Source: a virus. Taken from it: a DNA stretch of 64,000 bases. The first letter of the stretch is position 1. Each line of letters starts with the position of its first letter. The notes under the pieces are model-generated. The model saw only the letters and a list, made by a program, of their open reading frames with translations, made no database searches and was not told the origin of the DNA. Location: IMG/VR virus record IMGVR_UViG_3300036939_000014, positions 1 to 64,000 of that record. One strand, 5' to 3'. Shown piece after piece: positions 17,211 to 25,441 of this stretch. A program made the translations under genes and the position numbers.

Positions 17211-17572
17211 TCTAAATACCACACAGACTCAACACATCTAATAACACGTTTATGGAGCGGTTCAAAAGCTGCTCCATTTTCATTGGCATACACTACCCAC
17301 TGCTCACCTTCTACCTCATAAACCATCCCCAGATTGGCTTCGGTGCCCAGTCTGAGGCAGAGCAGGTCTCCATGCTGTATGCCAGTTTCACGACGCTTAC
17401 AGTACCGTTCCAGAAGCTCTGCAACGAGGTTAGGTGGATGACTCTCTACAGTCGGATATCGTTCATACACCCATGTGAGGTTGGGTAGTGGTGATAAGCC
17501 TAAACGTTCACGCTCTTTTATGACTATGCTAAGGCAGTCGTTTTTCTGGCGTTGGAATTTAAATATTGACAT
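17207..17572 (-). CDS. possible NlpC/P60-like tail protein (gpK-like, degenerate)
   Basis: NDCLS ... HGDLLCL ... NLGMVY pattern; lies between the L-like and J-like genes on the same strand; catalytic His not evident. Confidence 0.3.
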   Translation of the reverse strand: MSIFKFQRQKNDCLSIVIKERERLGLSPLPNLTWVYERYPTVESHPPNLVAELLERYCKRRETGIQHGDLLCLRLGTEANLGMVYEVEGEQWVVYANENGAAFEPLHKRVIRCVESVWYLD

Positions 17573-17627
17573 TTTGTTATTGATTTGTTATTTTTGCTAT
17601 GAGTCAACATTAAAGAGTTAAGTAATT

Positions 17628-17888
17628 ATGACACCAGATAAAAAGCTTGAAATTTGCCAATGGTTTTTTGAGCAATCATTAACCGTCAAGATAGGAACGT
17701 ACAAGGGAGAAGCAATAGTTGCGACAGGGGAGGGAAAAATAGACAGTATGCCAAAGCAATGCTCAGGGGTTTGGGGATATGGAGGGGACAGTATTGCAGT
17801 CAGAGTTGACGGAATGCCTTATCCTTCTGAGGCAATAGTCAATCTAAATGAACATCTATACAAGGAAAACCTAGCAAGAGAAAGTTGA
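17628..17888 (+). CDS. hypothetical protein (86 aa)
   Basis: ORF followed by terminator 17950-17984. Confidence 0.5.
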   Translation: MTPDKKLEICQWFFEQSLTVKIGTYKGEAIVATGEGKIDSMPKQCSGVWGYGGDSIAVRVDGMPYPSEAIVNLNEHLYKENLARES

Positions 17889-17949
17889 ACAAGCCTGTAG
17901 AAAGGCGCAAAAAATAGGCTAATATTCTACTGATACCATGCACAAGTCT

Positions 17950-17984
17950 AGCCAGTCTTACTCTTCGAGACTGGCTTCTTTATT
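17950..17984 (+). terminator. rho-independent terminator
   Basis: GCCAGTCT...AGACTGGC plus T-rich tail. Confidence 0.65.
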
Positions 17985-18011
17985 GATACCGTATTGACGT
18001 TTATATAAAAT
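17983..18011 (+). promoter_or_regulatory. double-box promoter
   Basis: TTGATA-17-TAAAAT with TTGACGTTTATA in the spacer. Confidence 0.65.
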
Positions 18012-18038
18012 AAGATAAGCGAGCTAGAGAATTAAAAT

Positions 18039-18560
18039 ATGTCAGACAGTCTAACAGAAGCAATCGAACTACTTAAGGATGTTCGCAATGAGTTTGTGCA
18101 GTCTGTTATTTTACAATGGAAGCGTGGCACAAATTTAAGTAATAAGCAGGCTGCTCATTTGATTTTGCTGGCAGAGCAACAGAAGCGCTCAATAGAGCGT
18201 GGGTACACAGGCATAGATCACGGAGTGACAGACAAAGAATGGGCAGATGTTCAGGCAAAGTTAGGCATTTCCTCTAAGGCTGTAAACACAAAAGAATCAA
18301 GTTCTGGCTACAAGAAAAGATATTTTATTAAGGAACTTCAACCCATCTTAAACGAGATAGGCGGCAAACTAGAGAAGATTACGAGCGAATCAGTCGGCTA
18401 CAATGGATTTAAAGAACAATGTTATCAACTAACATTGTTTTCTGAAGACTCCCTAGCCGGAAACGAGACAAAACAGTTTAGGACACTACTAGATTTCGTT
18501 AAATACGTTACTGAGAATAATCCAGATCACCCACTACTTAAGCTGAAGCCTCAAAAATAG
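18039..18560 (+). CDS. hypothetical protein (173 aa)
   Basis: Promoter 17983-18011; terminator 18593-18625. Confidence 0.55.
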   Translation: MSDSLTEAIELLKDVRNEFVQSVILQWKRGTNLSNKQAAHLILLAEQQKRSIERGYTGIDHGVTDKEWADVQAKLGISSKAVNTKESSSGYKKRYFIKELQPILNEIGGKLEKITSESVGYNGFKEQCYQLTLFSEDSLAGNETKQFRTLLDFVKYVTENNPDHPLLKLKPQK

Positions 18561-18592
18561 GGTAATATTCTACTGATACCATGCATACTTCA

Positions 18593-18625
18593 AGCCAGTC
18601 TCACTCTTCAGGACTGGCTTTTTTA
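18593..18625 (+). terminator. rho-independent terminator
   Basis: GCCAGTC...GACTGGC plus T6. Confidence 0.7.
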
Positions 18626-18654
18626 TTGACACTATATTGACGTTTAGCTAATAT
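18626..18654 (+). promoter_or_regulatory. double-box promoter
   Basis: TTGACA-ctatat-TTGACG-TTTAGC-TAATAT (17-nt spacing to the upstream hexamer). Confidence 0.7.
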
Positions 18655-18686
18655 AAGGAAAGCGAGCAAACATAAGACCAAAGGCA

Positions 18687-18893
18687 ATGAGCATTACAAT
18701 AGAACGCGTCTTTCAGCGTATACACTGCAACGGGACAGTATTGTTTGAGGTGCCAGCTGGCACTACTGTAAGGATAGATATGCTGTATGGAAATAGTGCT
18801 TGGAGAGTAACGGCTAGCGAACCTGTGGGTAGGTTTGGAGAGACAAGTTTTTGCGTGAATGCGAGCGAGTACAAAATTTTAGTGGGGGCTTAA
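18687..18893 (+). CDS. hypothetical protein (68 aa)
   Basis: Promoter 18626-18654 with AGCGAGCAAAC leader. Confidence 0.5.
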   Translation: MSITIERVFQRIHCNGTVLFEVPAGTTVRIDMLYGNSAWRVTASEPVGRFGETSFCVNASEYKILVGA

Positions 18894-19060
18894 AATGATG
18901 AAAACTTTAGGTGTTGGGCAAATAGTAGAATGGGAAGTTACAGGAGGAAAGGGTATTGATTACTACTCCCCCGTTGCATCTAAATTCAGAACTTAAGCGT
19001 TAGAACCATACACATAAGCCTTAACCGAAGCCACTCTGTTTCCTCCTACAGGTGGCTTTT

Positions 19061-19567
19061 TCATTGCACATTAACACTAGTATTCCTTGGCACCTCTGGC
19101 ACTAGTCCCGGTATGTCTGTGCGTCCGTTGCCTGTACCTGTACGGAAGTAGATTGAAGGAAACAACGCCTCTACAGCACTGAACGGCGACTGCAAGTCTA
19201 TGTTTATCTCAGCCCCTTCAAATCGGCTAGACTTAACTACGAGCATATCCTGGATAGGTGTTGCGGCATGGTTGTTGGGGAACATCTGGATTACAGTAAC
19301 GATCGCCTTACGAAATCCGTCATTCTGCCACACATACTCATTAATGGGTGGGATATTGGGCAGGATTATATTAGCGCTGGTATTCTCTAGTTCTAGGGTG
19401 CGTTGACTACCTGTGTAGTAAATTGGTGCGTACTCATAAACTCTGCCTAAGAAGATGTAGTCAGTGTCGGCTGTAAAGTTCTGGTAAAAAAGGTCAATTC
19501 CTGATAGAAGTCTAACCTCTACCAGGATTGCTCGCTCGACTGATGTCTTTAAGTATTCGACTGTCAT
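19061..19567 (-). CDS. possible minor tail protein (lambda gpL / DUF1833-like)
   Basis: 168 aa; AILVEV.L.....LF..NFT.D..Y..LG..Y...PI pattern; first in the minus-strand order L-K-J. Confidence 0.35.
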   Translation of the reverse strand: MTVEYLKTSVERAILVEVRLLSGIDLFYQNFTADTDYIFLGRVYEYAPIYYTGSQRTLELENTSANIILPNIPPINEYVWQNDGFRKAIVTVIQMFPNNHAATPIQDMLVVKSSRFEGAEINIDLQSPFSAVEALFPSIYFRTGTGNGRTDIPGLVPEVPRNTSVNVQ

Positions 19568-19611
19568 GGCTACCAGCTAATGCTTAGAAGTAGCCTTATT
19601 CTAGCTTTGGG

Positions 19612-19779
19612 CTATCCTCCACAATTTAATGTAGGGTGAAATGCATTTAGAGCATTGGTTACTCTGTTGAGGCGTTGCCATTCTGGTACATCTTCGCTTG
19701 CCGCTGCTTTCCTGCGAGCATCCCACCATATTGACCATGCTGCATGATTGGCTTTTTCTTTGATGTCGGTTTGTGTCAT
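19612..19779 (-). CDS. possible small ORF (55 aa)
   Basis: ATG 19779; fills the gap between 19828-20853 and 19061-19567 on the same strand. Confidence 0.3.
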   Translation of the reverse strand: MTQTDIKEKANHAAWSIWWDARRKAAASEDVPEWQRLNRVTNALNAFHPTLNCGG

Positions 19780-19827
19780 TGGTTTACTGAAATAACTGTA
19801 ACTACTGTAACATCTTTTATTTAATTG

Positions 19828-20853
19828 TCAATCAATAGCGCCAACTGACTTAAGGTATTCTCTGCTGTAACCTTTGGGGTAGCGCTGTTTAGCCAAGGCT
19901 GTATTGATGGCTAGCTTTTCTTCAGGGTGAATTAGCGTGAAGTTAGGATGATTCTGTTTTACGGATGCTTCGATGTCTAGGATGCGTTCATACATAGCTT
20001 TTCGGTGACTGAGCAGAACAGCACCCAAAAGTTTACCGTCTGGGCGCATAATTCGATTAGACTTCTCTCTGAAGCTTAGATAGATGGCTGCTAAATCTGT
20101 TAAAGGTGAGTATCCGGGATGTACATTAACAAACCGTTCTAGGGATTTGTCTTTTTTGATTAGAGGACAGCCTATGCAGCCTGTTCTTAAGGAATCTCCA
20201 CTATTTTGCTCACTGATGCTATAAATCATTTCAAGTCTATTAAAAGCATCTGGCAATACTTCTGATAAATCCAATACGGCTAAAGTATCCCAGACTTGAC
20301 AAGTACTAAAGTTTAACAATGGGCGGCAAAGGTGTCTAAATACTTTCTTTTTGTCTTGTTCAGTGATACCACATTCATTAGTGCTATCGCATTGCCCTTT
20401 AAGCTTTTTGTCTCTGTTGTTGCTTTCCCCTAAGCGCTCACCATTGATTCCTATATAAGCTTCTTGAGAGGCTTTTACAATCTTTTCAATGGGCTTGATT
20501 TTTAACTTATCTGTACACCATCTAAAGTTTCGATGTGGAGTAGGAACCCCTTTTCCTATTAGTTGATAAAAGAACCTTGACTCAACATCAGGGATAGCGT
20601 AGTGAAAAATAATTCCACGCTCTTTACAAAGTTTTTGGCACTCTTCGATATGAGCATCCATCATTGGTATTTCCATTAATGTGTTGGAGTGTACAACTTC
20701 CCAGTTAGAAAAACCTTCTTGAGTTGCGAGCAGGGCTAAACCAAGTAAGGCTGTACTATCTTTTCCTCCACTAAAGCTTAAGTACTTCTTGGTAGAAGCT
20801 GGAAGACCTAACAAGATGTCAATAGCTTTACTTTGATGAAAATCAAGTTGCAT
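19828..20853 (-). CDS. PAPS reductase family / PP-loop protein (DndC- or IbrA-like)
   Basis: SFSGGKDS PP-loop; FRWCTDKLKIKP; C-terminal CIGCPL; box promoter 20880-20905. Confidence 0.7.
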   Translation of the reverse strand: MQLDFHQSKAIDILLGLPASTKKYLSFSGGKDSTALLGLALLATQEGFSNWEVVHSNTLMEIPMMDAHIEECQKLCKERGIIFHYAIPDVESRFFYQLIGKGVPTPHRNFRWCTDKLKIKPIEKIVKASQEAYIGINGERLGESNNRDKKLKGQCDSTNECGITEQDKKKVFRHLCRPLLNFSTCQVWDTLAVLDLSEVLPDAFNRLEMIYSISEQNSGDSLRTGCIGCPLIKKDKSLERFVNVHPGYSPLTDLAAIYLSFREKSNRIMRPDGKLLGAVLLSHRKAMYERILDIEASVKQNHPNFTLIHPEEKLAINTALAKQRYPKGYSREYLKSVGAID

Positions 20854-20879
20854 AATCAGAAACCTGTAACTCTCTTCAG

Positions 20880-20905
20880 TCTAACCTTTTTTACGTAAAC
20901 GTCAA
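20880..20905 (-). promoter_or_regulatory. box promoter
   Basis: TTGACG-tttacg-TAAAAA upstream of the PAPS-reductase-like gene. Confidence 0.55.
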
Positions 20906-20933
20906 ACAGTAAGAATAACTCGCCTAAAGTAGG

Positions 20934-21030
20934 CTCAATCATAAAAACCACCTCAAAGGCTTGCTGTGTATAACGTTGGACAACCTACACCAATAGACTC
21001 TAATACAGAATAGAAGGTGTTTGCTGTAGG
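20934..21030 (+). ncRNA. structured repeat element E10 (CCTAC-stem variant, no U-run)
   Basis: Core AAAAACCACCTCAAAGGCTTGCTGTGTATAA; lies in the leader of CDS 21070-24258. Confidence 0.45.
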
Positions 21031-21069
21031 TAATTGGTAGCCTAGTTCTATCCTTTGCAGCAGTTATTC

Positions 21070-24000
21070 ATGGCACTACCGTTTGTCCCTGCTACCCTAC
21101 AGAACCAGTTAGCTCTTGCTCGCATCTTTCTAGAAACTTACACCCGTGATGAGTTTCCCTTCATGATGAACAGCCTGCATGTCATCAGGAACAACTTTCA
21201 CAGTCTTTTGGCTGGTGGTAGAGGTGGGTACTTTTGGGATAGTGCGGGACCCACAGAAGGTCAAGCTCTGATGGCTAAGGCTTGTTTTATGGCTGCTCGC
21301 GCTAGTGGGGATGTGGCATGGCGCTCTAAGGGCATACAGGTAACGGAAGCACTAGTCAATTACTTTTACCTTGATCCGATTCCCACAAGCCCTACAAGTC
21401 CAGCTGACCCCTTATGGTTGAGTCATTGGTTAATTAATGCGGGACCCGGTGCAGTACCGTCTAAGGGATTGCCAGCAGATAATCCTTTTGAGATGGGACA
21501 CTTCTTTGAGCCGTTCCAATTCACTAATGGTGTTGCTCAACTCCCGGCAATGCTCGCAGATGTCTATAAGGTCGCTACCACTGATGCTGAACCATCGTTT
21601 AAGTCTGTGTTCGCACCTCTTAAGTCGGGTAGCCTTTACCCGTTCAGTTATTGGGTAGCAAACCTAAGTCTTAGTGGACGGAACTTTAGAGTATTTGCGG
21701 ATACAGCAACAGCTGGTGGTACACCACCGCAGGAAACTAATGAGCCAGCGGGTAAGGTAGTCTTAACCTCAAACTTTACTGGCACAGCTCTAGTTACGTA
21801 CTCGGTGTACCGTCCTGATATTCCTATCGGTGTGAATAAGCTGGGTGAACCTTATCCTCTCTGGTATCCAATTGAGAGAGCTGGATTACCCACGTATTTG
21901 GGCTGTGCTTGGGATGCCCAATGGTGGGCATGGGATGCGTTTAAGGAGGCATTTGACGCCACAGGGGATAACAAGTGGAAGCGAGCAGCAGACGCAACAA
22001 AGTACAGTGCCATCAATGCTGCTACAGTAGATAACCCGTCTTATTACTACCCTAAAAGTACGGATACTAACCCGTTTAGCTACCCTGGCACACAAGTAGT
22101 TACTGCCAACAATCGCACGCTAGCAGTCGGCTCTAGAGTAGTTGGTACAATTCATGACCGATTCTTAAGAGTTGATGCACCAACTAAAGATAGTCCAGCT
22201 GTTGATCCTGATTTTGAGTTCCCCTCTTATGAGGTACAGAACTTTATTGTTCTGACTCAATTTGATACCAGTACCACTAGAGTCATGGTGGAATGTGCCC
22301 ACAGCAGAGGTAGTGTTCAAACTAATTTTGTCTATGACGGGATAATAGAAATAGTTCTATCCACCTCGCAGAATTCGCAAGACTTTAGTCAAAATTTTAA
22401 ATGTCCGTTAGTGCCACCTAGCGGCAACGGAATACTAACCAAAGTTTTAGTTCGTACTGACTTCTTGAGATGGTCTTCTGCTCGCAATATTTGGTGGAGT
22501 ACTGCTGCTGATGACCCTATTTACACTTACTTTGGTGGTGGAGCAACAATCACCAAAGTAGTCCAGCAAGAGATGATTAATGGCAACACTGCTCTGGTGT
22601 GGCGCGTCAATATGAACGTTAGTGCGACAGGTAGTTTTGCTGGATTTGGGTTTCCTTTAATTCATGCTCAGACTGCTGACCCACCAGGCTTTATGTATGC
22701 TCAAGTCGGCACTACCCGAATCAAACTTAGTGATTCTAATGACGTTGATTTCTTTTGTGATTTACCTGATACTGGCGGCAACTGGCAATACTTTAAGCCT
22801 AGCTTCAGTCAATTCTCAGGAACAGGGACGCCTGTAGGAACGCTCACAAACATCCAAATAGTCTCAAAAAGTGTCACATCCTCTACTAGAATCTGGTACG
22901 TTGGAGAGCCTGCTGAACCTTTACCCCCAGGAATAGTCTACAAGGCTAGTGCCGTGAGTCGCACCAAGGTAGCTCACACATTTTGGGTAGGGGACTTTAA
23001 GCCTCTTAACAATAATCTTGATACGCTACTCTACAACCCTGGAGTCGTAAGTTTTACTGTCAATACAATCGAGACAGCAGCTGGTAGCGGCATCCGAGTT
23101 AAAGATTCTTGGGGAGGTCCCCCTTATACGGGCTATCAAGACGCGTATCACTGGTATGTGTGGGGCTATCCTCAACGCTCTAGTCAAGTGGTGACCTTTA
23201 TCAAGGATGCTCAAAACGCCTACACTCGTCAATCTTCTGCCAGAATTAGAGGCTTAGTCGCTCCGGTCTTCTTGTGGGCGTATTGGGATAGTGCTGACTT
23301 TAAGATCTATAGTGACAATCAGATAAATGTCTTTACATTTAGTGGTCCCGATCCTAATACAAGATGGGCACCTTACACTTACAGAGCAATGGAAGCGCTT
23401 GCTCGTTATCTATTTGCTAATCCAAATGACCAAACAGCACGAGGCGTTTTAACTGCTTTCTTTAGATTCATTCTGAATTATTACAAGGCGAGCGGTTCTA
23501 ATCGAGCCATTACAGACATCCCCCCTGTGGTCAATCCCCAAGTAAATTACAGAGAACCTCATGCCTCAGCATTAATTTGTAGGGCAGCACTTTACGCTAA
23601 TGTTGCTGGACTTGAGCCAGCTGTAACCTATGAGCTTATTGAGCGCACCTTACAGGATATGGATGAGCAATTCCAATCTACGGGTGTAATGGCTGGTTCA
23701 TGGACTGGTGGGCAACCTACGTTTGTACACAACAGTATAACGTATAATGAAGCGTTTTTGTTCTGGCAAGCGGAACAAATTATAACGTTATCACAATTAC
23801 TGTTACTTCAGTCTTCAATTAATGATGCCAGTGAATCGGCTTATAGTGGCGTTGCTCAAGCTGGTATTTATCCAGATTTAGAGCCACAGTTTGTTAGGTC
23901 GTTTGAGATGCCAGCATTTAAACAGAACATTAACCGCTTTGATGAAGGGACAGAACAACGGATTAAGACCTCACACACTGGCGTTGGCACTAAGATTGTG

Positions 24001-24258
24001 CTGGGTTATGAAAAGATTAGTGATGCTAGCGTAAGACTTTTAATGGAGTTCTATCAAAAAAGCAGAGGTAAGGAGATTCCTTTCACTCTGCCCTTAAATA
24101 TTATTCAACATCCTACTGTGATGCTCGTTGCTCTGACTAATCTGACCGCTACAACTTATTGGAGATTTAGTGATGCACCCAACATTGAAACCTTTAATGC
24201 AACATTACAGCGGGGACTATATAAAGTTGACGTGACGATTCAGAGCGTAATAAACTAA
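21070..24258 (+). CDS. large virion-associated protein, possible polysaccharide depolymerase with gpM/DUF2460-like C-terminus
   Basis: ATG 21070; alpha/alpha-toroid-like segments at both ends of the central region; last ~130 aa (F..P.F....F..GTEQR...L..FY..SRGK..PF) resemble the TIGR02217/DUF2460 tail family. Confidence 0.35.
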   Translation: MALPFVPATLQNQLALARIFLETYTRDEFPFMMNSLHVIRNNFHSLLAGGRGGYFWDSAGPTEGQALMAKACFMAARASGDVAWRSKGIQVTEALVNYFYLDPIPTSPTSPADPLWLSHWLINAGPGAVPSKGLPADNPFEMGHFFEPFQFTNGVAQLPAMLADVYKVATTDAEPSFKSVFAPLKSGSLYPFSYWVANLSLSGRNFRVFADTATAGGTPPQETNEPAGKVVLTSNFTGTALVTYSVYRPDIPIGVNKLGEPYPLWYPIERAGLPTYLGCAWDAQWWAWDAFKEAFDATGDNKWKRAADATKYSAINAATVDNPSYYYPKSTDTNPFSYPGTQVVTANNRTLAVGSRVVGTIHDRFLRVDAPTKDSPAVDPDFEFPSYEVQNFIVLTQFDTSTTRVMVECAHSRGSVQTNFVYDGIIEIVLSTSQNSQDFSQNFKCPLVPPSGNGILTKVLVRTDFLRWSSARNIWWSTAADDPIYTYFGGGATITKVVQQEMINGNTALVWRVNMNVSATGSFAGFGFPLIHAQTADPPGFMYAQVGTTRIKLSDSNDVDFFCDLPDTGGNWQYFKPSFSQFSGTGTPVGTLTNIQIVSKSVTSSTRIWYVGEPAEPLPPGIVYKASAVSRTKVAHTFWVGDFKPLNNNLDTLLYNPGVVSFTVNTIETAAGSGIRVKDSWGGPPYTGYQDAYHWYVWGYPQRSSQVVTFIKDAQNAYTRQSSARIRGLVAPVFLWAYWDSADFKIYSDNQINVFTFSGPDPNTRWAPYTYRAMEALARYLFANPNDQTARGVLTAFFRFILNYYKASGSNRAITDIPPVVNPQVNYREPHASALICRAALYANVAGLEPAVTYELIERTLQDMDEQFQSTGVMAGSWTGGQPTFVHNSITYNEAFLFWQAEQIITLSQLLLLQSSINDASESAYSGVAQAGIYPDLEPQFVRSFEMPAFKQNINRFDEGTEQRIKTSHTGVGTKIVLGYEKISDASVRLLMEFYQKSRGKEIPFTLPLNIIQHPTVMLVALTNLTATTYWRFSDAPNIETFNATLQRGLYKVDVTIQSVIN
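24226..24258 (+). repeat. 3' end of tail gene, duplicated at 24621-24653
   Basis: 29/33 nt identical; encodes VDVTIQSVIN*. Confidence 0.8.
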
Positions 24259-24286
24259 TTCTAATTACGCTCCAGTCTAGCTGTTG

Positions 24287-24493
24287 TTATGGCAACTCGT
24301 TATACTTATCAATCGCATCTCCCAGCCTGTCAAAATAAAACTTGTCTCGTGTTTTAGTATTTGTAACAATGTAATCGATTTTGTTTGATACGGCTGCAAA
24401 GATTTGAACCATAAGCCTCTTGCTGGAACAATTTGCCAAGTCTTGAGACATTTCAAAGTCTTGTAGGTCTGCTAATGATATTCGTGCGCTCAT
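24287..24493 (-). CDS. hypothetical protein (68 aa)
   Basis: Own promoter 24519-24547; cassette bounded by a duplicated 33-nt gene end. Confidence 0.5.
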   Translation of the reverse strand: MSARISLADLQDFEMSQDLANCSSKRLMVQIFAAVSNKIDYIVTNTKTRDKFYFDRLGDAIDKYNELP

Positions 24494-24518
24494 AATCTTA
24501 CTTGGTTGCTTCTTCTAC

Positions 24519-24547
24519 AATCTACTTATTTTTTGTCTAAATATCAA
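24519..24547 (-). promoter_or_regulatory. box promoter
   Basis: TTGATA-tttaga-CAAAAA; TTGATA-17-TAGATT. Confidence 0.5.
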
Positions 24548-24555
24548 CATTTCCC

Positions 24556-24596
24556 ACAAAATACAAAACCGCTCAGAATATTCTTTGAGCGGTTCA
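24556..24596 (-). terminator. terminator, CCGCTCA family copy 1
   Basis: AACCGCTCA...TGAGCGGTT followed by TTGTATTTT in minus sense. Confidence 0.65.
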
Positions 24597-24620
24597 GGTT
24601 TGATAGTGTGTCTGTACAAC

Positions 24621-24653
24621 GTTGATGTAACAATTCAGAGCGCAATAAACTAA
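24621..24653 (+). repeat. orphan copy of tail-gene 3' end
   Basis: Would encode VDVTIQSAIN*; three of four differences are synonymous third positions. Confidence 0.8.
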
Positions 24654-24656
24654 ACC

Positions 24657-24908
24657 TTAGATAAGAGCAAAACTGAATAATTTAGGATTCATCTTTTCTT
24701 GTCTCTTGTAGCCTCCTGTCCCTTTGGCTTGTACCCAGTATTCTCTTACAGCTTTTTGCTTCATTTCTTGTGTGATTGTATCATCCGAATTACTTGCTAC
24801 TGCAACCGTACATCCTCTAAGAAAACAGTCTGATAGAGGTTCAATAGTTTTGCTGTACATCTCAGTGTTTAAGGTCACTATCAGTTGTCTAATCATTTTT
24901 TCTTTCAT
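24657..24908 (-). CDS. hypothetical protein (83 aa)
   Basis: Promoter 24920-24950; terminator 24556-24596. Confidence 0.5.
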   Translation of the reverse strand: MKEKMIRQLIVTLNTEMYSKTIEPLSDCFLRGCTVAVASNSDDTITQEMKQKAVREYWVQAKGTGGYKRQEKMNPKLFSFALI

Positions 24909-24919
24909 GTGTTTTCACT

Positions 24920-24950
24920 AATTTATCAATTAATTATAGAAACGTCAATA
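24920..24950 (-). promoter_or_regulatory. box promoter
   Basis: TATTGACGTTTCTATAAT. Confidence 0.55.
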
Positions 24951-24957
24951 CTGTCTC

Positions 24958-24994
24958 AAAAATATAAAACCGCTCAATTTTTTGAGCGGTTTTA
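24958..24994 (-). terminator. terminator, CCGCTCA family copy 2
   Basis: Same stem as 24556-24596. Confidence 0.65.
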
Positions 24995-25014
24995 TGCTCG
25001 AGTTCACAATGTTA

Positions 25015-25332
25015 TTAATTAAATTCTAAGGGGACAAGACCTTTGTAAGGGATTTCTTGCTGGCAGCAGACGTTGAAACTGACGGGCTTTAGACTTTTAG
25101 CCAAAGCTATTGCAACGTCCTTTGAATTGTATCCTGATGGACAAGAAATCATAAGATTGTGCCGATCCTTACCGAATATATTCCAAAATCCAGGGATAGA
25201 CAAGATGCGCTCTATCACTGCCAATTGCTCATCTGTAGGATCGCCACAAAACTGTACCCCTACTTCTGGACTATGGTCGATGATCGTTACCGTTCTTTGG
25301 CTGTTAAGTATTAGCTGATCGATAGCATCCAT
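25015..25332 (-). CDS. hypothetical protein (105 aa)
   Basis: Promoter 25363-25391; terminator 24958-24994. Confidence 0.5.
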   Translation of the reverse strand: MDAIDQLILNSQRTVTIIDHSPEVGVQFCGDPTDEQLAVIERILSIPGFWNIFGKDRHNLMISCPSGYNSKDVAIALAKSLKPVSFNVCCQQEIPYKGLVPLEFN

Positions 25333-25362
25333 TGATTTATATTTTTGTTCGACTGCTCTAAC

Positions 25363-25391
25363 AGTCTACTAACTTATTGCTAAAATGTCAA
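25363..25391 (-). promoter_or_regulatory. box promoter
   Basis: TTGACA-ttttag-CAATAA; TTGACA-17-TAGACT. Confidence 0.55.
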
Positions 25392-25399
25392 TGCTGTCT

Positions 25400-25441
25400 A
25401 CAAAATACAAAACCGCTCAAAGATTTATTCTGAGCGGTTCA
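25400..25441 (-). terminator. terminator, CCGCTCA family copy 3
   Basis: Same stem as 24556-24596. Confidence 0.65.

Larger units (their letters stand above)
17909..18011 (+). repeat. ~100-bp terminator-promoter module, copy 1
   Basis: AAAATAGGnTAATATTCTACTGATACCATGCA...AGCCAGTCT..GACTGGCTT..TATTGACGTTTA, shared with 18553-18654. Confidence 0.75.
18553..18654 (+). repeat. ~100-bp terminator-promoter module, copy 2
   Basis: See 17909-18011. Confidence 0.75.

Noticed and set aside
17207-17572. Calling this a lysin or endolysin
   Set aside because: The NlpC/P60-like pattern lacks an obvious catalytic His. Its position between the L-like and J-like genes fits a tail gpK-like role better. I kept it as a low-confidence structural call.
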